Shown here: positions 56,495 to 64,000 of the stretch, in pieces
How the letters are laid out: every line of letters begins with the position of its first letter
Position numbering within the stretch: position 1 is the stretch's first letter
Source of the DNA: Batkoa obscura
Taxonomy: Eukaryota
Assembly: GCA_030770535.1 (NCBI GenBank)
Contig: JASVEC010000003.1
Span: forward strand, 1 to 64,000
Direction: 5' to 3'
DNA length: 64,000 nt
Notes under the pieces: generated by a model
What the model saw: only the letters and a program-made list of their open reading frames with translations
The model's database searches: none
What the model was told of the DNA's origin: nothing
Made by a program: the position numbers and the translations under genes

Positions 56495-57169
56495 TTAATA
56501 CCCATTGCATTGAGGGAGAGTAGTACTAGTACATTTTTTACCAGAAGCAAAGTTTTGAGTCCAATATTTCTCAACTTCACCCCAACCAAAGCAATCATAA
56601 TCACCAATCATATTAGCGTAATGGCCTTTAGATTTAGTCCAATCATCTACTACTTGTTTAATAGTTTGTTGATTCCAAGCAATATTCTCTGCACATGAGT
56701 TCCATGTATAACCACTTAAAGTAAGACGTCCACCAAGTTCTTTAGTTTTACCATCAAATCCAGAATGAGTCATTTTCTTATTTTTGGCTTGTTCTTGAGA
56801 ATGATCATGAGCTGACTTCATGAGACAATTATCAACATAAAGTGGCTTTTTACCGGCTATAGCACGCACAGCGTTAACACGGCAAATCATCTCATTATCA
56901 CCAGAAGGTGGGGCAGTTTCTTGTGGTGGTGGAGTTTGTGGTTCAGTAGTAGTTTCTTTAGGGACTTCATAAGATGGAGCTGGAGCTTTAGTGGTACATT
57001 GGTTAATGTAAACAGTAGAAGCAGGTTGAGAAACAGTAACAGTTACGGTTTGAATTTGTGGTTGGTAATTACCATATTCGTATTCAGGGTTTTTATTATA
57101 ATGCTCACTACCAGCAACGGAAGCAATAGCAGTTAATGATAAAAAGGAATATAAACCAGAGAACTTCAT
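56495..57169 (-). CDS. Secreted CAP/SCP protein with Pro/Thr-rich linker, intronless
   Basis: Signal peptide; EMICRVNAVR..LMKSAHDHSQEQA..MTHSG..AENIAWNQ..WTKSKGHYANMIG..GWG..YWTQNF. Confidence 0.9.
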   Translation of the reverse strand: MKFSGLYSFLSLTAIASVAGSEHYNKNPEYEYGNYQPQIQTVTVTVSQPASTVYINQCTTKAPAPSYEVPKETTTEPQTPPPQETAPPSGDNEMICRVNAVRAIAGKKPLYVDNCLMKSAHDHSQEQAKNKKMTHSGFDGKTKELGGRLTLSGYTWNSCAENIAWNQQTIKQVVDDWTKSKGHYANMIGDYDCFGWGEVEKYWTQNFASGKKCTSTTLPQCNGY

Positions 57170-58260
57170 TATATTATATATTAATTAGAGAAATATAGAC
57201 AGAGTGATTATTGCTAAGGGTTAAATAAAACTAAATTTTATTAAAAAAGAAAGAAAGTGTCATTTATATACCCAGTTACCATGTATATGGTACGAGAATA
57301 AAGGCTGGTTAAAATAGAAATTTATTTTTTAATTTCAAAAAAAGCACAAGTTCTTAAAAGTCAATTTATTAAAGATAGTTGGTGACTTGACTGGATCAAT
57401 TTCTAAATTTAGAAAAAAAGAAATTAATTTTTTCATCAAGAGTGGCTTATTTGAGTCAATATAAAACAGTTAATATATTACAAAAATAATTTAAATGATG
57501 AAGCTATTATAGGTAATATATAAAGTTCGATCTATTTTATAGTGACTTTCTTTATTATACATTAGTTATATGTTTTTACGCTTGAAAAGGTAATACTATT
57601 AATGTTTTAAAGTACAGTAAAATTTAATAAAGGGGAAAGACAAAGGGAAAATTATAATAAATCTATGAGCTGGATTATAGAATATAATATAAATATTTTT
57701 AAAGTTTTTTCGAAAATAATAAAAGGAAATTTAAGGAGTAAGTTAAGTAGAGAGAATAAAAAATTTAATTATAAGGTTAAGAGTACCCTAACTCTATGGG
57801 TTTATGTTCCATTTACTGTTTAACATAAGTTGAGTTTTATAAGATAAAATGTCACGTGAATGAATGAAATTTATTCTCCAACTTTATTTATCTAAAAAAT
57901 TTAATTTGAACTTTTTTTCAACTTAATTGAGAATTATGACAATATAGATACCAGTAGTTAATATTCAATGCACCATTTTTTAGATAAAAATATAGGGTTG
58001 TTTATTAATTTAGTAGATATGATTTCGATATATTAAGGGGACATAGTTAATTGCATTTAAGGGTCGTCAAAATCATCTTGAAAAATAATTAATCTTTGAT
58101 GGTATAGAAACTTTGACAAGTAACTTCTCCATTAATATTTAACTCTAAAATTTCAAAAATTTAGCTCAAAAAAGAAAACTACCAATTATATAATCTATAA
58201 CATAATAGACAACAATAAAAAGCATATAATTTATTGTATGTATAATATATTATTAAAACA

Positions 58261-58391
<131 letters not shown>

Positions 58392-59283
58392 TAAAAATTT
58401 AATTACTTTATTATGAAATCAAGATGCCTTTTAATAAAGAATAAAGTATATCATACATATTAATTTTGCTTTAATAAGATCTTATCAGAGAAATCCAAAA
58501 TTTTATTTTATTTATGTAAATTTAATGTAAGTGATATATTTTAAACTTTTGTTTTCTATAAGTTAATATTCACTAGCATTTACATTTAAAAAAATAGAAC
58601 CTTTTGGCTATATGATTGAATCTAAAATTAGCTTCATATAGTTTATTTTTAAAAGTAAATTGGCGGTTAATAATAATAACATTAAATATTAAAAATAAAC
58701 CACAAAAAAATTATAAGTTTTATTTTTTAGATAATATTATTAAAATATAAAATTAATAGGTTTAAAAATAATGGGTATTAACTTTTAGAATATACTTTAT
58801 TAAAGTATAATGACCCGTATTAATGGTTAGAACTTTATTAATATTTAGTCTAATTTAAACATTAACTGATGTTGTTATTTCTTGGCAATATTATTATAAC
58901 ACGAGACTAAATAACCACCATGTATTATCTAAGGCTCAATAATGTCGCTATACTAATTCTACTTTAGTTATTTTTTATTACAAAAGATGAATATACTGGT
59001 TGATGGCTTTTGGGCTATTACGTGACTAAGAAAAAAATTGGAATCTATTTTTGATTTCTTATTTTGTTCACTTTTTGTAAAATAAAAACGATAGATAACT
59101 CATTAGTTAAATTAATAATAATAAAACGTTTTTATATTTTAAATATATTAAAACTATAAAGAAGTATTAAAAACCATTATTAAATAAATAACTGAATTAT
59201 ACAATATTATATTATTTATTTAAATTAAAAATTAAGTATTAAGCACGGCTATTATAATTTTAAAACATAAATAAACAATTAGA

Positions 59284-59985
59284 TTAACATTGAATTGTGT
59301 TTGCTTGATCACATTGAGGTCCATTAGCAAAATTTTGAGTCCAATATAAGTCTTGTTCACCCCAACCAAAGCAGTTATAATCCCCAATCATATTTTGATA
59401 ATGACCAGGTGAATTTTTCCAAGCTTGAACAACAGCAGTGATATCTTGTTGATTCCAAGCTACATTTTCAGAGGCACCACTGCATTGGAAACCAGCGGCT
59501 TCAATACGATCAAAGAAATTGGCAATTTTGGTACCAGTATGAGTCATTTGTCTATGTGTTGCTTGATCTTCAGAATGTAATTGGGCGGCATTCATTAATC
59601 TTGAGTCCATTTGTAACGGTTTTTTTCCTACTTGGGCGCGGATAGCATTCACTTGACAAAGCATTTGTTTATTTCTATCACCATTATTATTACTTGGTGG
59701 TGTGCTTGGGTTATTTGGTTGAGTAGGGGATGGTTTTGGTTCATTACTTGGTTGCGTATTTGTAGGTCTTGGTCTTGGTCTTGGTCGTTGCTTAATAATG
59801 GTATATTTACCTGTATTAATATTCATCGGAATATCAGCATTAAAATCAATTAATGGAAGGTTGGAATTTGAACTACCGGAGTTATAAGTTGGGTTTGAGT
59901 TACCAGTACTATAAGTTGGGTTATAAACAACAGAAGTATGGACAGATAAAGAGAAAAGGAAGTTAATGAGTAAGATGGATTTCAT
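59284..59985 (-). CDS. Secreted CAP/SCP protein with RPRPRPRP and Pro/Asn-rich linker, intronless
   Basis: Signal peptide; QMLCQVNAIR..LMNAAQLHSEDQA..MTHTG..SENVAWNQ..WKNSPGHYQNMIG..YWTQNF. Confidence 0.9.
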   Translation of the reverse strand: MKSILLINFLFSLSVHTSVVYNPTYSTGNSNPTYNSGSSNSNLPLIDFNADIPMNINTGKYTIIKQRPRPRPRPTNTQPSNEPKPSPTQPNNPSTPPSNNNGDRNKQMLCQVNAIRAQVGKKPLQMDSRLMNAAQLHSEDQATHRQMTHTGTKIANFFDRIEAAGFQCSGASENVAWNQQDITAVVQAWKNSPGHYQNMIGDYNCFGWGEQDLYWTQNFANGPQCDQANTIQC

Positions 59986-61265
59986 TTTGAAAGGTTATTG
60001 TTATTATTTACTGTCAAAGTAATATTTTACTTTGCTTTTATTGAATATATACTACCTATTTATACTGCTATTTTATACATACTTTCTATCTCCCTATTCA
60101 TCAAATTGATTTGGGTATTTTTTTTTCGTTATAAAATAAAAAAGGAGATGTGGGGTATAAAGTAAAATATTAATAGAAATAGCGTGATATGTTTTAAACA
60201 ATTAATTAATGAAATTATTGATCAATGGTAGTGTATAGCATTATAAAATATAAAAAATATTGTGTATATTCTATTTATTTATTTATTTATTTTTATATCA
60301 TATATAAAACAATATAACATATACAATTTAATCAAATAAATTGATAAAAAATGTCAAAAATATTAAACTTTTTAGTTTAGTCTAATTAATTATTTAATTA
60401 ACTAATATATTTACCACCATGGGGTAAAAATAAACTTTTTATTATTATAATGGTTTAAACATTTATATTAAATTATAACATACAATATTATTAAGTAATC
60501 AAAAATGAGGCAAAATTTTAACTGATTTATTTTTAAATTTTTAAATATATTCGTTTAATTTATGTTAGTCTAACGATTATTAGATTAACAACTAAAAAAT
60601 AAAGGTGTCCAATTAGATAGTATAAAATATCTAATAGTATCCTTAATAAACTATTTTTTAAAAATACATTTTTATTTATTTAATTTCAATTTTTTATAAA
60701 ATTATAAGATCAAAATATTCAAAATTAGAACTGGTTGCATTTAGATGCTTTCATTATTTTTTAATTTGCTGTGAGTTCCTTTTATAATGAATTATTGGAT
60801 TATATACATTAATTTATTTAATAAATTTGTTATAAAAGAAATTAACGACAAACTAAAAAGGACTAGAGGAATCTAAATGTAATCAGTTTTAAAATTTAAG
60901 AATCACATCAGCTCTTTTACTATAATATAACAAATCGAAATTCATGTATTAAAAAAATCACATCTCCTTTTGCAGTATTGCTACTTGTCAACCATAATAG
61001 ATGCTCAATTTTTTTAAATTAATCCCTTATATCATGTATCTGAATAGGTGTATAATTATAACCAGTCAGGAAACTTCCCCAAGCTACTATTAGTATTAAT
61101 AATTTGGGCAAATCCCTAACTTATCATAGTTATCCACTTTATTAAATATACACTATTTGATGGTGATGATGAGTAAACTAAAGGGGTGGTGAACTCTATC
61201 AGTTAGAGCAATAAAACACAACTTGTGATATCATACAAAAAACCTTTTTTTAAAATAGTTTAACA

Positions 61266-61945
61266 ATGAGAAAAAAATCGGATGAAGGCAATGTACTTTT
61301 AGCTTTAAAACTCTTGAAGAAGATGAAAGCTTAAGTGTTCAACGAGCAGCAATAATATATAATGTAAGCAAGTCTACATTACTTCGACAAAAGAATGGCT
61401 TAAGAGCATGAAAAGATGTTGAGTCGAATACCAAAAGGTTAACTGTATTAGAAGAAGATGTTATTATTGAGCATATAACTGATTTGTGTAATCACAAAGT
61501 GGTGCCTAAACCGGATGATATAAGAAAGATGGCTAATAGATTACTTAAATTATTACGTGGGGGGAAAGCCAGTGGGCATAAATTGGGTTTAGTTATTTAT
61601 GAAAAGGCAACCAAAGTTACATGTTTTTAAAAGAAAAAAAGATAGAAAGATAAAAACAAATCTTCAGAAATAAATACTTCTCCTGTTTAGATACCAAAAT
61701 CAGGAGAAACTTTAAATGAAATAACAGAACAAGCTAGTTTTATGAAACATTAAGTTAAAAATCATTATATTGAATCACCCACATTATTAAATAAAGCTAT
61801 TTAGTTATTTAAAGATAGTAATAAAAGAACTTACATCAAAATATTCTTCAATTGAGAATTGAGGGACTTGAAAAGTCTAATAAAAAATATTAATGAAAGC
61901 GGAATACATCTCATTGAGTACAGTTAAGGAGCTTTGTAGTGTCTT
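61266..61945 (+). pseudogene. Decayed paralog of the pogo/Fot1-derived gene at 54309-54947
   Basis: Colinear translation LSVQRAAIIYNVSKSTL..RLTVLEEDVIIEHITDL..DIRKMANRLL..VGINWV*LFMKRQPKL..*IPKS..LNEITEQASFMKH*VKNHY..SPTLL, with at least 5 premature stops and about 4 frameshifts; same internal DDE deletion. Confidence 0.85.
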
Positions 61946-62578
61946 AAGGGAATTTGATGATAATGAAAGATGTAAGAAATGAATGGATATGAATGGATAT
62001 GATTGATGAAAGTATAAAGATGTTGGATACAAGAATATAAAGACGGGTATTTGATAAGATTTTAATTGTCTTTTTATTTTGGAATAAAATTATATTAATT
62101 AAAGTTGTTATTTTCAAAAAAAATTAACAATGTTAGTTTTTTATCATTTATTTAAGTATATTAAATTGTAGAATTATAAAAGATTATTAAAATAAGTTTT
62201 AAATTTAGTTAGCACTGATTTAATACAACTTTATACATTGTAAAAGATAATTATAATTTAATAAAACTACATTTTATTTTACTCAAAAAAATTAAACTAT
62301 TGACTATTCAAATAATAAAATATCATACTAATAATAATAAACAACATATGAATTAGAAGTATGTCTTTATATTTTATATAAAAAAATACTTTACTTATTA
62401 TAAAATTAACTTTGATACTTCATATTCAATACAAAAGTTAAATAAATTAAATAACGTAAAAGATAATATTCATTAGATGTAAACTAAACTTAACCAATAA
62501 AACAATTCAAAGAATCAGCTTATTTCTGTGGCAATAAATTTCTAGTCACAATCTAAAGCTTTTTAATCAACAGAAGAA

Positions 62579-62686
62579 ATGAATATCAAAGTAACTACTC
62601 AAATATATGAAGCATGCAATCAGGTGTTACAAGTATCGACAGTAGATAACAATTTAAAGAAAAAAATTGAATCAAAATTAAAATCA

Positions 62687-62717
<31 letters not shown>

Positions 62718-63448
62718 GTAATAGTAATAATAATAATGAAGAAGAGGACTTAAACATATCAATGGAATTATTGATTCAAATATCTCAATTTCTGTTGGCG
62801 ATAGAAAGAAAGGATGGTAAAGATGTTAGTAAGTTGATTTAAGGATGATGTATTAAGGACTAATATGTTAATCATTTTAATTTAGCAAAAAGTAAATATT
62901 GGGTACATGAGTTAGTGAGTGGAAGTTCCATTTATTTTAATAAACCAAAAACAGTTAAAAGAGTAAATTTAATAATCCTCTTCATTGTACCCCCTTTCTA
63001 ACATGTTCCTTTTCAGGATGAACAACTCGACCAGCGATTACAAGAAATAAATACTGATAATGAAAATCAAGCATATTATCGCATGGTCACAAATGTCGAT
63101 CCAACGTTTCGTTTTCAAAATGATAGAAGTAATGATAATCATCACCCATTACCTACCTTATCCGAAAATATTAAAGAAACCAATCAACAATTAACTGCTA
63201 TTGTTAACATAGCTTTAACTATAGTGGCGGTATTTGTTGCTGTTTATTGGGTATCGTACACATTCTCAAGTGATATTAGTTTGGTAAGTGTATTTTTTAT
63301 TAGGATGTTTTAATATTGATACTAATATTTTTTACTGTTATAGAGAGTTTTACTGTCTTTTTTTGCTTCTTTAACTGTCGGAGTAGCAGAAGCATTTTTA
63401 TATGTTCGGTATCTTAATAATCAAAGTAATCAATTAAGACCATTATGA
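62579..63448 (+). CDS. VMA12: V-ATPase assembly factor Vma12/TMEM199 family with poly-Asn tract, 4 exons
   Basis: YWVHELVSGSSIYF..P..RLQEI...EN.AY.RMV.NV..QLTAIVNIALTIVAVFVAVY..RVLLSFF..L.VGVAE.FLY.RY. Confidence 0.82.
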
Positions 63449-63523
63449 AAATTCAATAAAAAATGGTTTATTATTTAGAATCCGTTTGTATTTATTTATT
63501 AGAATTAAATATATATATAATAT

Positions 63524-63982
63524 TTATTGATCAATAACAGACAACTAAAAAAATAGATTGCATATTAATAAACATCATAATATAAAATAGAATAATAAAC
63601 TTACATAATTTGATGGTGCCATCCCAATTTCATTGTTAATCTTTAATACTTTCCACCAATTCCCTTGTTGATTTAGAATTTCCATAACTTCATTTTTATT
63701 AAAAGAAACTTCTTCTTTGGATTGGGCTTGATAAGAGAAATTAGCTCTTGCTCTAACATAGTTATCTGATCCACTTAAAGTGCCATTTAATTGACTTGAA
63801 TAAGCTGCATTATTTAATCCACTGCTGAATTGGGCGGGATCAAAATCATCATCTTCGTAGCTGATGTTGTTGATGGAGTTGGATACGGGACTTGTTGCTC
63901 CGCTAAAGAAATAATCGGATTGACCGCTAAGGTAATAAGATAAAGTACCTGGATTGCTGGAAACTAGGAGGAGCCAGAAGGA
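63524..63982 (-). CDS. SHO1: 3' part of a Sho1-like osmosensor (last TM segment + C-terminal SH3); 5' end outside the window
   Basis: SFWLLLVSSNPG (TM end)..linker..RARANFSYQAQSKEEVSFNKNEVMEILNQQGNWWKV..IGMAPSNY|LSVIDQ*. Confidence 0.7.
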
Positions 63983-64000
63983 CTAAGAAATAGGGTTAAT

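Overview
Very AT-rich, gene-dense eukaryotic nuclear DNA with many short (about 45-70 nt) GT-AG introns. The gene content points to an early-diverging fungus (NDH2, SHO1, ATP20, VMA12, RNF220, DNMT2, a class-A-like GPCR, intronless CAP genes). An Entomophthorales/Conidiobolus-like source is an inference only. About 34 protein-coding genes can be reconstructed by hand splicing, mostly housekeeping, plus one tRNA-Gly(TCC). Non-routine content: (1) seven copies of a ~100-bp MITE with imperfect terminal inverted repeats, mostly TA-flanked, including one inverted pair and one near-identical direct pair; (2) an intact ORF derived from a pogo/Fot1-type transposase that keeps the DNA-binding HTH domains and C-terminal coiled coil but lacks the DDE domain, with a decayed inverted paralog 6 kb away, the two bracketing a pair of secreted CAP genes; (3) obligatory 4-, 6- and 8-nt micro-exons in catalytic motifs; (4) a one-base frameshift in CSN7. 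All calls come from manual translation and motif recognition, with no database searches.
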